Below, in pieces: positions 8,984 to 18,120 of a stretch of 32,000 nucleotides of DNA. The stretch spans positions 5,490,001 to 5,522,000 of the forward strand of contig NC_008312.1 of NCBI RefSeq assembly GCF_000014265.1. The letters run 5' to 3'. This DNA is from Trichodesmium erythraeum IMS101. Lineage in GTDB: Bacteria > Cyanobacteriota > Cyanobacteriia > Cyanobacteriales > Microcoleaceae. A model generated the notes under the pieces. That model worked only from the letters and a program-made list of their open reading frames with translations. It made no database searches and was not told the DNA's origin. Position 1 is the first letter of the stretch; each line of letters begins with the position of its first letter. The position numbers were made by a program, and so were the translations under genes.

Positions 8984-9541
8984 TTATTCATCAAAAATAG
9001 CATTAGTTAAATCTGCATTCTCAAAAGATGTTTTTGATAACTTTTCTAAATCAAAAACAACTTGAAAAAACAAAATAAGACCCAATCCTAAAATAACTCC
9101 TGAACCCAAAAATAAAAACAATCCTTTGACTTTACTTCCTGACAAAAAATAGACAATACCACTAGAACCAATAGTAGCAACAACCCCAGCCAAAATAGCA
9201 GCAATAATCTCATTTTTAGTATTAGTAATAGCAATAGCCACAGCCCCAGTCCCTATCAAAGCAGTAACCCCAGGCATTTCACCAGCAATAAAACTAGCAA
9301 AAGCACTAGTAAGAGTAACAGCGATCGCCGCTCCAGCACAACAGAAAATCAAAGTCCAAACTTTGCTCCTACTTTGCCCAATTCTGGCACCTCGAAAATT
9401 AGTCCCATAGAGGATAGCATCCTGAAAATTGCAACCTCTCAAGTCAGAACCGCTAAAATTAGCCCCTGTCAGGTCTTGGCCTTGAAAATCACGATGTCGT
9501 AGGTCTTGGCCAGAAAAATTTAAAGGAAATAGTTGATTCAT
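8984..9541 (-). CDS. Pentapeptide-repeat protein with a hydrophobic membrane region
   Basis: The N-terminal 55 aa show clear A(D/N)LXX periodicity (QDLRHRDFQGQDLTGANFSGSDLRGCNFQDAILYGTNFRGARI). About 100 aa of Gly/Ala/Ile-rich hydrophobic segments follow (at least 3 predicted helices). The C-terminal tail is again pentapeptide-like (FENADLTNAIF). Confidence 0.8.
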   Translation of the reverse strand: MNQLFPLNFSGQDLRHRDFQGQDLTGANFSGSDLRGCNFQDAILYGTNFRGARIGQSRSKVWTLIFCCAGAAIAVTLTSAFASFIAGEMPGVTALIGTGAVAIAITNTKNEIIAAILAGVVATIGSSGIVYFLSGSKVKGLFLFLGSGVILGLGLILFFQVVFDLEKLSKTSFENADLTNAIFDE

Positions 9542-10174
9542 GGTATTTGATCAGTAAGAAACAATTAAATATTGGAGTAGGTCAAGATTGAGTTATTAAT
9601 AATTAATAGTAAACTCAAGTTGTATTTTCCCAGCTTAAAAGGAAAAAAATCACGAATAAACAAAAGATAAAATAATTATTTTTAAGAATACAAATTCACA
9701 AAAAAAATCAGTTTATAAATTCGCTTCCTTTCAGTTTTTCAAAGACCATACAAATATTAAATAGGCTGTTAAATTTTAAGTTCCTATGCAAAATTAATTT
9801 TACATTTTTTAGAGAGTAGGGAGTAGGGAAAATATGATTTATTGTATATCAAAAATAATTTAGTCTATCTATCAATAAAAGGAGCTAATTTTTGACTCAT
9901 ATTTACCACTATTATTCACTTTATAAAAATATACTGATCGATCAATATATTTGCCAATAATTTGCACTTCAACAGGAGCTAATTTATGAATTTTTTGATA
10001 AATTATACTCCCTAAATATCCATAAATCCTCTAAAATTTTAGTGTATTTTGCTAGATAGCATTGAGATTAGTCGATTAAGATATATTCTCAAAATTCAGG
10101 ATAAGTTTTATACTCTATAAGTATTTTATTAGCTATTAAACAGATACCCCATTATTTTCAGCATATATTATGAT

Positions 10175-11224
10175 TCATTTGATGGCTTGTTTTCTAATTA
10201 ACCTTTGTGTACTAACTAGAGCCCTATTTAACTCATAATTACGTTGCTGAGGATTTTTTAGATAAGCTTGCTGTTCTTCTTCTATCATCTCTACATCTTG
10301 CTGTACTAAACCATCGAGTAGTTTTTGAGCTGAACCAAACAAAATTCTTTTTACAAATCGTCTAAACCATTCTGGGAGTTTATGTAAACGCCAAAAGGCT
10401 TGAAGGGATGTAAAGTGAATTAAATAAGCTTGAGTTTCTCTTTCATTAATTGGTAATAAAAGACAGTAAATTTTAAAATCTTTTCCGAGGTTAGAAACCC
10501 AATTTGGATATATATAACTAACATTTAATGGCTCAGGATGGAGTTGTCGTAAACTGGGAAATATTAATTGAGATATTGACCAAATTTTATCTATTTTATA
10601 ATAGCTTTGAGCTTCATAATAAGCATCTACTCGATGGTCATTTTCAGATAAGTCTATTAATTTTGCTGCTGCCCACGCTTGCCAATTTTGATGTAAATGT
10701 CCGTGGTACATGTCCATTAAATTTTCTACTAAATAGGAATAATGGGCGCGACATTTGATGACTGATATTGTGGCAATATAATTGAGATGGTCCCACTCAG
10801 GAATTTCTAAAGGAGAAATTAAATTTGCCAATGATTTATCTCCAGGGAATAGCCAGATGAAACCATGTAGCTCTTGAACCGGAAAAGTCCGAATTTGACA
10901 ACTAGGTAATTTTTGATTACTTGCTAAATAGGGTATATGAGAACATTTACCATTTGACTCAAAACGCCATCCATGATATGTGCATTCTAATTCATCCGCG
11001 ATCACACGACCAGAACTAAGTTTAACAAAACGATGAGGGCAAATATCTTCTAGACCATAGACTTTACCACTACAGCCCCGGTAAAGGACTATTGTTTGAT
11101 GCCAAAGGGTAATACTTAAAGGTTGAGATTGAAGCTCTATACTACGAGCAACAGCATACCAATGATTTTGGTTAATTCCCAAGTTACGGATACTATGGTA
11201 GAAAGTAATTTTAGAAGAAGACAT
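10175..11224 (-). CDS. Rieske [2Fe-2S] non-haem iron oxygenase (PAO/Tic55-like family)
   Basis: Rieske motif CPHR-x16-CTYHGW. A mononuclear-iron-like motif follows (ENLMDMYHGHLH). Size (349 aa) and layout fit the cyanobacterial PAO-like Rieske oxygenases. Confidence 0.85.
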   Translation of the reverse strand: MSSSKITFYHSIRNLGINQNHWYAVARSIELQSQPLSITLWHQTIVLYRGCSGKVYGLEDICPHRFVKLSSGRVIADELECTYHGWRFESNGKCSHIPYLASNQKLPSCQIRTFPVQELHGFIWLFPGDKSLANLISPLEIPEWDHLNYIATISVIKCRAHYSYLVENLMDMYHGHLHQNWQAWAAAKLIDLSENDHRVDAYYEAQSYYKIDKIWSISQLIFPSLRQLHPEPLNVSYIYPNWVSNLGKDFKIYCLLLPINERETQAYLIHFTSLQAFWRLHKLPEWFRRFVKRILFGSAQKLLDGLVQQDVEMIEEEQQAYLKNPQQRNYELNRALVSTQRLIRKQAIK

Positions 11225-11990
11225 AAGACTTGCGCATACACATTAAAAAAATTAATAACTGATGAGTATAATTTTGCTAGAAAATTTAACAATGATTAGG
11301 AACTCAAACTTTACAGCTTTATTGTCATAAATTATATCTTCTCTATTCCTGTAAAAATTTAGATGTAGCAGTGCGTAGTTTTTATAAACTCGAAAATATT
11401 GAGAGTTTATTATAGGTATTTTATCTGTTACAGAATTTAATTTTTACTATATAGCTGCCTTTTATCCCAGTGTTTCTGAAGTGAAGCCAAGAGAATACTG
11501 GCAAGAACTAGAAAAAAAATCAACAGGATATCAATATTTGGGAAGATAACTGTCAAGAAAACTTTCAACATAAGTATTTATTAGTAGTAGCAGAAATTAC
11601 AAGTTTTTCTGGAACAAATACAGCAGCAATATGTCTATAGCAATCAAAAATGAGATGTGAGAAAAAAAACTTTAGGAGTTGAGTCAGCTCAATCCCATTT
11701 TTGCCCTCGGTTTGGAGACTAAACCCCATAATTATAAAATATTAATATAAGCCCATATTGGTATATATAATTAAGCTGTGGAATCTAGCAGCAAAATTAA
11801 TTTATTTAAGATAAAGCAGTAAGCAACAAATTAGTAGTAAAATGTTAGTTAAATCAAGATTAACGTAAATATGCAAAAATTTGTTTACATAAAGCTCACT
11901 ATGATTATCAAGATTGGGAGGTAAATAGAAAGGTAAAAAAATAGAAAGTTAATATCAAAAATTATAAAATTTATTAAAATTCAAAAACAT

Positions 11991-13475
11991 ATGATTCAAC
12001 CTGAAAATATAGAAAATTCTAGTGACAAAGATATGAGTAATCACTCCTTAAATATAGCCACAGTTATTAAAGTATTTCAAGCAATTTATAGTGAGATTGT
12101 CTTAGATAAGTTACTATCTAAATTGATGAAAATTATCATGGAAAATACTGGTGCAGAAAAAGGTGTACTTTTTCTACTAACAAAAGGTGAACTAATCAAT
12201 AGAGCTGAAGCTAACTTAGATTCGGAAGCAGTAGTAGTTCAAGAGACTCAAATTCATGAATGTGAAGACTTACCACTAACAGTAATTAACTATGTGGAGC
12301 GATCGCGCCAAGATGTTGTATTAAGCAATGCTTTTGCTGAAGATAGCTTCACAACTGACCCCTATGTTGTCAAAGTTAAACTGAAATCTGTTTTATGTAC
12401 TCCTATTGTTAATAGAGGCCAACTTATAGGAGTTTTGTATTTGGAAAATAACCAAACTACAGGTGCATTTACTCCAGAATGTTGGGAAATATTAAGATTT
12501 TTATTATCTCAAGCAGCAGTTTCCTTAGAAAATGCAATGTTGCACAGTTCAGCAGAAGAAAAAATACAAGAAACAACCGAAGAATTAAACGAAAAAAATT
12601 TACAACTAGAGCAAACATTACAGGAGCTACAACGCACTAAATCTCAACTAATTAAAGGTGAAAAAATGTCAAGTTTAGGGCAGTTAGTTGCTGGAATAGC
12701 TCACGAAATTAATAACCCTGTCGGCTTTATTTATGGTAATATGTCCCCTGCCAATGAATATATTTCTGACTTACTAAATTTGATTAATTTATATCAAGAA
12801 CACTATCCTGAACCTGTAGACGAGATTCAAGATGAAATTGAAGATATGGACTTAGAATTTCTTATAGAAGACTTACAAAAACTTTTGAATTCTATTAAAT
12901 TTGGAGCCGAACGTATTCGAGATATTGTAATTTCCATCCGCAACTTCTCGCGCTTGGATGAAGCCAATATGAATCCTATAAATATCCATGAAAATATTGA
13001 CAGTACCATACTAATTTTAAATACTCGTATTAAAGAAAAATCAGATAAAAGTGAAATTAAAATAGTCAAAAATTATGGTAGCTTACCAGAAGTTATCTGT
13101 TACGTTTCGCAAATTAATCAAGTATTTATGAATTTACTAGCTAATGGAATTGATGCTTTAGAAACTATGCGAGAAAAAAAACAACAATTTGACCGTCAAC
13201 CCACTATTACAATTTCTACTGAAGTAACAGATTTAGAAACAGTAAAAATCAAAATTTATGACAATGGTAGTGGTATTAATTCTGAAGCATTATCTCAAAT
13301 ATTTGACCCATTTTTTACTACTAAACCAGTGGGAGTAGGTACAGGTTTAGGATTATCAATTAGCCATTCAATTGTAGTAGAAAAACATGGGGGTAATTTG
13401 AGTTGTGTTTCTGAAGTTGGAAAAGGTACAGAGTTCATAATTGAAATTCCTATTAAACCAGCATCTAGTAATTAG
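11991..13475 (+). CDS. Soluble GAF-domain sensor histidine kinase
   Basis: The N-terminal GAF-like region ends in GVLYLEN. A coiled-coil linker follows, then the H-box GIAHEINNP, N-box NLLANGIDA, G1 DNGSGI and G2 GTGLGLS. There is no hydrophobic segment and no adjacent response regulator. Confidence 0.9.
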   Translation: MIQPENIENSSDKDMSNHSLNIATVIKVFQAIYSEIVLDKLLSKLMKIIMENTGAEKGVLFLLTKGELINRAEANLDSEAVVVQETQIHECEDLPLTVINYVERSRQDVVLSNAFAEDSFTTDPYVVKVKLKSVLCTPIVNRGQLIGVLYLENNQTTGAFTPECWEILRFLLSQAAVSLENAMLHSSAEEKIQETTEELNEKNLQLEQTLQELQRTKSQLIKGEKMSSLGQLVAGIAHEINNPVGFIYGNMSPANEYISDLLNLINLYQEHYPEPVDEIQDEIEDMDLEFLIEDLQKLLNSIKFGAERIRDIVISIRNFSRLDEANMNPINIHENIDSTILILNTRIKEKSDKSEIKIVKNYGSLPEVICYVSQINQVFMNLLANGIDALETMREKKQQFDRQPTITISTEVTDLETVKIKIYDNGSGINSEALSQIFDPFFTTKPVGVGTGLGLSISHSIVVEKHGGNLSCVSEVGKGTEFIIEIPIKPASSN

Positions 13476-13931
13476 AGTTAATATCATCTGAGTGAAATTA
13501 AAATAGTCAAAAATTATGGTAGCTTACCAGAAGTTATCTGTTACGTTTCGCAAATTAATCAAGTATTTATGAATTTACTAGCTAATGGAATTGATGCTTT
13601 AGAAACTATGGGAGAAAAAAAACAACAATTTGACCGTCAACCCACTATTACAATTTCTACTGAAGTAACAGATTTAGAAACAGTAAAAATCAAAATTTAT
13701 GACAATGGTAGTGGTATTAATTCTGAAGCATTATCTCAAATATTTGACCCATTTTTTACTACTAAACCAGTGGGAGTAGGTACAGGTTTAGGATTATCAA
13801 TTAGCCATTCAATTGTAGTAGAAAAACATGGGGGTAATTTGAGTTGTGTTTCTGAAGTTGGAAAAGGTACAGAGTTCATAATTGAAATTCCTATTAAACC
13901 AGCATCTAGTAATTAGAGTTAATATCATCTG
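13050..13931 (+). repeat. Perfect head-to-tail tandem duplication, 2 x 441 bp, covering the 3' end of the histidine kinase gene
   Basis: 13050-13490 and 13491-13931 are identical except c13170 versus g13611 (Arg to Gly). Each copy carries the last 142 codons, the stop codon and 15 nt of 3' flank. Confidence 0.95.
13569..13916 (+). pseudogene. Orphan HATPase_c fragment created by the tandem duplication
   Basis: The 115-aa ORF is identical, bar one residue, to the C-terminus of the kinase. It starts at an internal Met (MNLLANGIDA) and lacks the H-box/DHp domain. Confidence 0.6.
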
Positions 13932-14266
13932 GTGGTAAGATCATTTGTGTATAAAGTTAAGTCACAATTTGAACAAAACCCTTCTGCCTCTCCCAAAATT
14001 CACCAAAATATAATTACACCAATTCTGATGTATTAATACTATAATAATATACTTAGATAAGACTTCATAAATTTCAGTAATCAACAAACTCTTATAATAA
14101 CTTCTTTGAGTGCTTTGATCAAATGTTAAGTTAATTTTTCTTATGTTTACTTCTCCACCATTCCCTTGCTATTGGGTAATGGAGAAAAGTTTTTGAGAAT
14201 ATAGAATTATCCAGGCCTACATGATCTGATTTTGTTTGAGGGAATAGAGATCCCTACTCCCTAGAA

Positions 14267-16219
14267 TCAAACTTTGAGAATACCTTCAGGGTTGACTGAG
14301 AATAATTTTCGTCTTTGTAAACCTTCTCTAGAAAGAATTTCATTTGCTGCTAATAACCCACTACTAGTAGCTCTTTCCATTAAACCACAAGGAAATGGCA
14401 TTTTTACCCAATCTCCAGCAAACATTAAATTAGAAATACCACTGTTAATTTCTGGACGTTGTTGATAACTACCTGGAGGATAACCGGAAAAATTTTTCTG
14501 GTTTACTAACTCTTGATGCAGCAAATTAGCTTCCTTTAATTCTGGTACAATTTCATATAATTCTTGTGCAAAAGTTGTGAGTAAAATTTCTTGAGTAGGA
14601 AACTGTTTTTCTTTGTAACAATAGGCGTGTAACTCCACAACACTACCACCTGTTTTTTTATGCCATTGAATGAACTGTTTTTGAATGCGATGATAGAGAG
14701 TAATACTATCAATTAATTGATAACCGGATAGAGAAGTAAAATTGCTATGTTTCCAGTCAAAGTCTCGGTCAAACCAAAAACGACAAACTGCAAAGGGGTC
14801 AGCTATATTTAATTTTTGTACCTGAGATTTTACATTTTGATTTACTTCTCCTTCCATCAAATTAAATAAGTGTTGAACTCCCGGAACATCTGTAGCAAAT
14901 ACATAATAATCAGCTTTAATTTCTGTGGATATAATTTCTGATTTATTTTCCTTTATGCTAACTAACTGAACTTGATTTTCTTGGCGTTGAGTAATTTTAT
15001 AGCGCGATAAATTTTGTTTTGCCGGACCTGTCAATACTTTTCCTTTTCTATCATAAACTGCTCCGTGACAAGGGCAGTAAAAATTTCCATCTTCTGCTAA
15101 GATAACAGTACAACCTTGATGAGTACAAGTCAAAGAAATAGCCTCATTTGAATTATATTTAACCGCAAAGAGGCGATCACTTGAACCAAAATAATTAACT
15201 TTTTCTTGATTGATTTCTAAATTACGTTCTACCCAAAAAGGAATCAAACTTTTCACCTCTCCTAACTGATAACTAATTGAACTAATCTTATTGTTTTGCA
15301 AATTAATTCCACTAACACCAACATCAGTAAAAATTTTACCTCCCTTATTCTCAATTTCTTTAGCAACTGGTTGTACTAAACTTGTACCCATATCTTGTCT
15401 AGTACCATTAAAAGCTAAACCTTCTGGATTACCAAAAAAATAGAAGTGAAAAAATTGCATTAATTCGGCAACGCTCAACTTGTTTGGAGCATTAAGACTT
15501 GATTTAGCAAAAGGCAAAAAATACAAATCATATAATCCTTGAGGAAAATCTTTTTCGACCCATTCAGCAACAGATAAATTGTCAAATTTATGATAAGTTT
15601 TCTCTAAATTAAAGCCACCTATAGCACGAAATACTTCCCAATGTTTAGGCTTGGCTAAATTAATTCCCCAGCTAAATCTATTAGAAGAAGAAATTGCTAA
15701 ATCTACTATATTCCAAGGAAACACAGAACTATTAGGATGAAATACTTCTGGGTTATATTTCCCTTTTCTAAACACCACAGAATAGAACTCTAAAGATTGA
15801 AAATTATCTGTAATATTCAATTCTTCTACCAAACTATTCAGATTGTAATATTGAGGAAAAAAACCATGAAAACCATGTTCCATTATAAACTTTTCTCCTC
15901 CTACATCAACAGACCAACTAGCAATTTTTCCTCCTAGTTGTGGGGATCTTTCTAATAAAGTAACTGTAAAACCTCGCTGAGTAAGTTCATAAGCACAAGC
16001 TAATCCTGCTAATCCACCCCCAACTACTACTACACTTTTATCATTGTTTAAATATTGTGGTAAATCTAGATTATCTTGGGTAAAAACCCTTGGTTGAGGT
16101 TTAGAGAATCGAGTATAACCTAGTAAACCAGTAGTAGCTCCAATAGTTAATAATTTGAGTATTGTTCGTCGCGAAACTGATGTAAATGATTTCAGATTAG
16201 TTAATTGATTCATCAGCAA
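14267..16219 (-). CDS. Tat-signal FAD-dependent (amine-oxidase/phytoene-desaturase-fold) oxidoreductase with an inserted Rieske [2Fe-2S] module
   Basis: Twin-arginine motif SRRTILKLL followed by a hydrophobic stretch. Dinucleotide fold VVVVGGGLAGLACAYEL...LLERSPQLGGK. An internal Rieske motif CTHQGC-x11-CPCHGAVY (about nt 15060-15130) is flanked on both sides by oxidase-fold sequence. Confidence 0.85.
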   Translation of the reverse strand: MLMNQLTNLKSFTSVSRRTILKLLTIGATTGLLGYTRFSKPQPRVFTQDNLDLPQYLNNDKSVVVVGGGLAGLACAYELTQRGFTVTLLERSPQLGGKIASWSVDVGGEKFIMEHGFHGFFPQYYNLNSLVEELNITDNFQSLEFYSVVFRKGKYNPEVFHPNSSVFPWNIVDLAISSSNRFSWGINLAKPKHWEVFRAIGGFNLEKTYHKFDNLSVAEWVEKDFPQGLYDLYFLPFAKSSLNAPNKLSVAELMQFFHFYFFGNPEGLAFNGTRQDMGTSLVQPVAKEIENKGGKIFTDVGVSGINLQNNKISSISYQLGEVKSLIPFWVERNLEINQEKVNYFGSSDRLFAVKYNSNEAISLTCTHQGCTVILAEDGNFYCPCHGAVYDRKGKVLTGPAKQNLSRYKITQRQENQVQLVSIKENKSEIISTEIKADYYVFATDVPGVQHLFNLMEGEVNQNVKSQVQKLNIADPFAVCRFWFDRDFDWKHSNFTSLSGYQLIDSITLYHRIQKQFIQWHKKTGGSVVELHAYCYKEKQFPTQEILLTTFAQELYEIVPELKEANLLHQELVNQKNFSGYPPGSYQQRPEINSGISNLMFAGDWVKMPFPCGLMERATSSGLLAANEILSREGLQRRKLFSVNPEGILKV

Positions 16220-17140
16220 TAATTTGATGACTGTTAGAAATTTTTATTTGGCCGATTAGCGTCCTGATATATTGTAATTTAGTGCATAATTTTTGCCTAT
16301 AAAAATCTATAATGCTTAAGCTTTTCTCAAGTTTTGGGATAACAAGAAGCATGAATAGTGGAAGAGTTTAATCTCCTTAAACTGCCTATGGTATAATACG
16401 ATATTGCTTTGAATAGTAATCATCAAAAAGGAAATTGCGTAGGTTGGGTTTAAGAGTGAAACCTAACACTAATCTCTAACATACTGCTAGTCAAGTTGCT
16501 CTATTGTTTTAAATTAAAAATATTGATTAGTAAATTGATTTTAGTAATCAGGAAGTAGGTTGTAAACATCATTGTTGTTTACTACTATCAATGTCTAGAA
16601 ATATAGCTGCAAGTTTATTTGAGGTGGAGAGTAAAGTTCAGTGACAAATTTTATTCTATTTGGTCTAGTAAAGACAAAAGTTTCTATACTATAACTGCCA
16701 ATAATAAAGTGATAAAATAAGCAGTAGATGTAACTATAAACTAGTTCTACTGAAACCTACTAAAAAAAAGCTGCAACTCTCAAAAAAAAAATGTTACTAC
16801 CCATCTTATTAAAGCAAATATTGTAAATATAACAGAATCTGTTGCTATCCAGATTATTATTATAGGGATAGCTAAGAACCCTAAAGTCAATGCTGCCAAA
16901 TAAATCACATATAAAAATAAGTATAGTTCGAGAAGGAGGCTTGATTTGCACCAATTGTAACTGGATAAAGTCTACATTTATTCAACCATTCTCATCCACA
17001 ATAAAATTTAATTGGAATTGTTTTTTACAAGAAGTAGATGATGCTTCTAGTAATAAATTTTCAGCTAATATTTTATTAATTAAATCCTCCAATACAGTTT
17101 ATTCTTGTTTTGTCAATCCTTCAATTTTTGAATTTCTCAT

Positions 17141-17350
17141 TTAATTTCATTAATGATGAGTAGGCAAATATTTTGACAGAGTGCTGGTTTTTCACAAAAT
17201 TGTAGGAAGCGACTGGGAACTACAGAGTAGGTGAGTTTACCATCTTCCCTTTGCGGTCGAATACCTTGAATAAAGTCTTCGTAGCTATCAGCAGAATGAA
17301 ATTGGATGAGTTCCCAGAAACCATCACCTAGACTGATTAAATGTTGGGCG
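17141..17350 (-). pseudogene. Relic fragment of a McrB-family AAA+ gene
   Basis: 210 bp align without gaps to 21418-21627 of the intact mcrB, at a constant offset of 4277. I count roughly 20 mismatches by eye. The minus-strand translation is AQHLISLGDGFWELIQFHSADSYEDFIQGIRPQ...LLIINEIK*. Similarity stops abruptly at both ends. Confidence 0.75.
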
Positions 17351-17510
17351 CTAAAAGTTTCAATATAACCGACTCAGTTTTGGAAAAACATCAGTCAAAA
17401 ATAGCATCAAACCCTTATATAGTAATTTTTTTTTACTTTTTATTAACTATGTTGGTTATCTATCTTTTGTTTGATCTATTTTTAGTAATAGCTGCTAAAA
17501 ATTAATAAAA

Positions 17511-17996
17511 GTGAATATATTAGGTTTTTATCAAGACCATATTAAGAAAAAAATGAGTCCATCTCAAGTAGCAACATTACAAATATTATTATGCTTAATA
17601 TCAGTACATAAAACTGTACACATATCGAAATTAACCAATTATTTTCAGCTACCAATAAAATCTGAAAGTCAGGAAAAACATATACAAATATTTTTAGCTA
17701 TGGACAAATTAAGTTGACCTATATTTTGGTTTACTTTAGTGAAAATAATGGTCGAAAAATTATTCAGTTTCAGCTCGGAATTAGTATTAAGTTTAGATAG
17801 GACTCAGTGGCAAAATATCAATATATTAATGATTAGTGTGGCCTGGAAAAAAAAGGCTTTACCCCAGGACGGTAAAATTTTCATTCATAAAGGTGCCAGT
17901 AATTTAACAGAACAACGAGCAGTAATTCGGACTGTATTAAAACTATTGAAACAACATAAAATCATGCTCACAGGAGACCGAGAGTTCCACTACTAA
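17511..17996 (+). pseudogene. IS4-family transposase, N-terminal fragments only
   Basis: Two short ORFs in different frames. The second (SLDRTQWQNINILMISVAWKKKALP...KGASNLTEQRAVIRTVLKLLKQHKIMLTGDREFH) matches the conserved N-terminal part, including the first catalytic D region, of IS4-type transposases common in cyanobacteria. There is no continuation after 17996. Confidence 0.6.
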
Positions 17997-18120
17997 ATCT
18001 ACCATTAAGCTTGCTTGTCACCTCGTGAGGGTAAAAGTACAGCTAAAAATGATGGAAGTTAGAAGAAGCGAAAAAAGGTGGCAGATATTTGACTTAGACT
18101 CAAGTAGTTACTTTCCATAG

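Noticed and set aside
11440-11550. Short open frame ending ...FYPSVSEVKPREYWQELEKKSTGYQYLGR* in the 766-bp gap upstream of the kinase
   Set aside because: It has no start codon, is shorter than 60 aa and has no motif. It may be a gene remnant, but this cannot be supported from the sequence alone.
10528-14465. Embedded opposite-strand ORFs (10528-10758, 12827-13069, 14274-14465)
   Set aside because: They are antisense to the well-supported Rieske oxygenase, kinase and FAD-oxidase genes, and no motifs are present. Such ORFs are typical in A/T-rich DNA.
16438-16468. Short hairpin-like element CGTAGGTTGGGTTTAAGAGTGAAACCTAACA, resembling a small dispersed repeat seen in filamentous cyanobacteria
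   Set aside because: There is a single copy in this window and the stem is imperfect. I cannot verify the family from memory alone.
16760-17144. Two overlapping small ORFs (16760-16954 minus, 16890-17144 plus) in the 16.2-17.1 kb gap
   Set aside because: The products are low-complexity and Ile/Asn/Phe-rich with no motifs. The region lies next to decayed sequence (the mcrB relic starts at 17141). It is more likely non-coding or degraded DNA.
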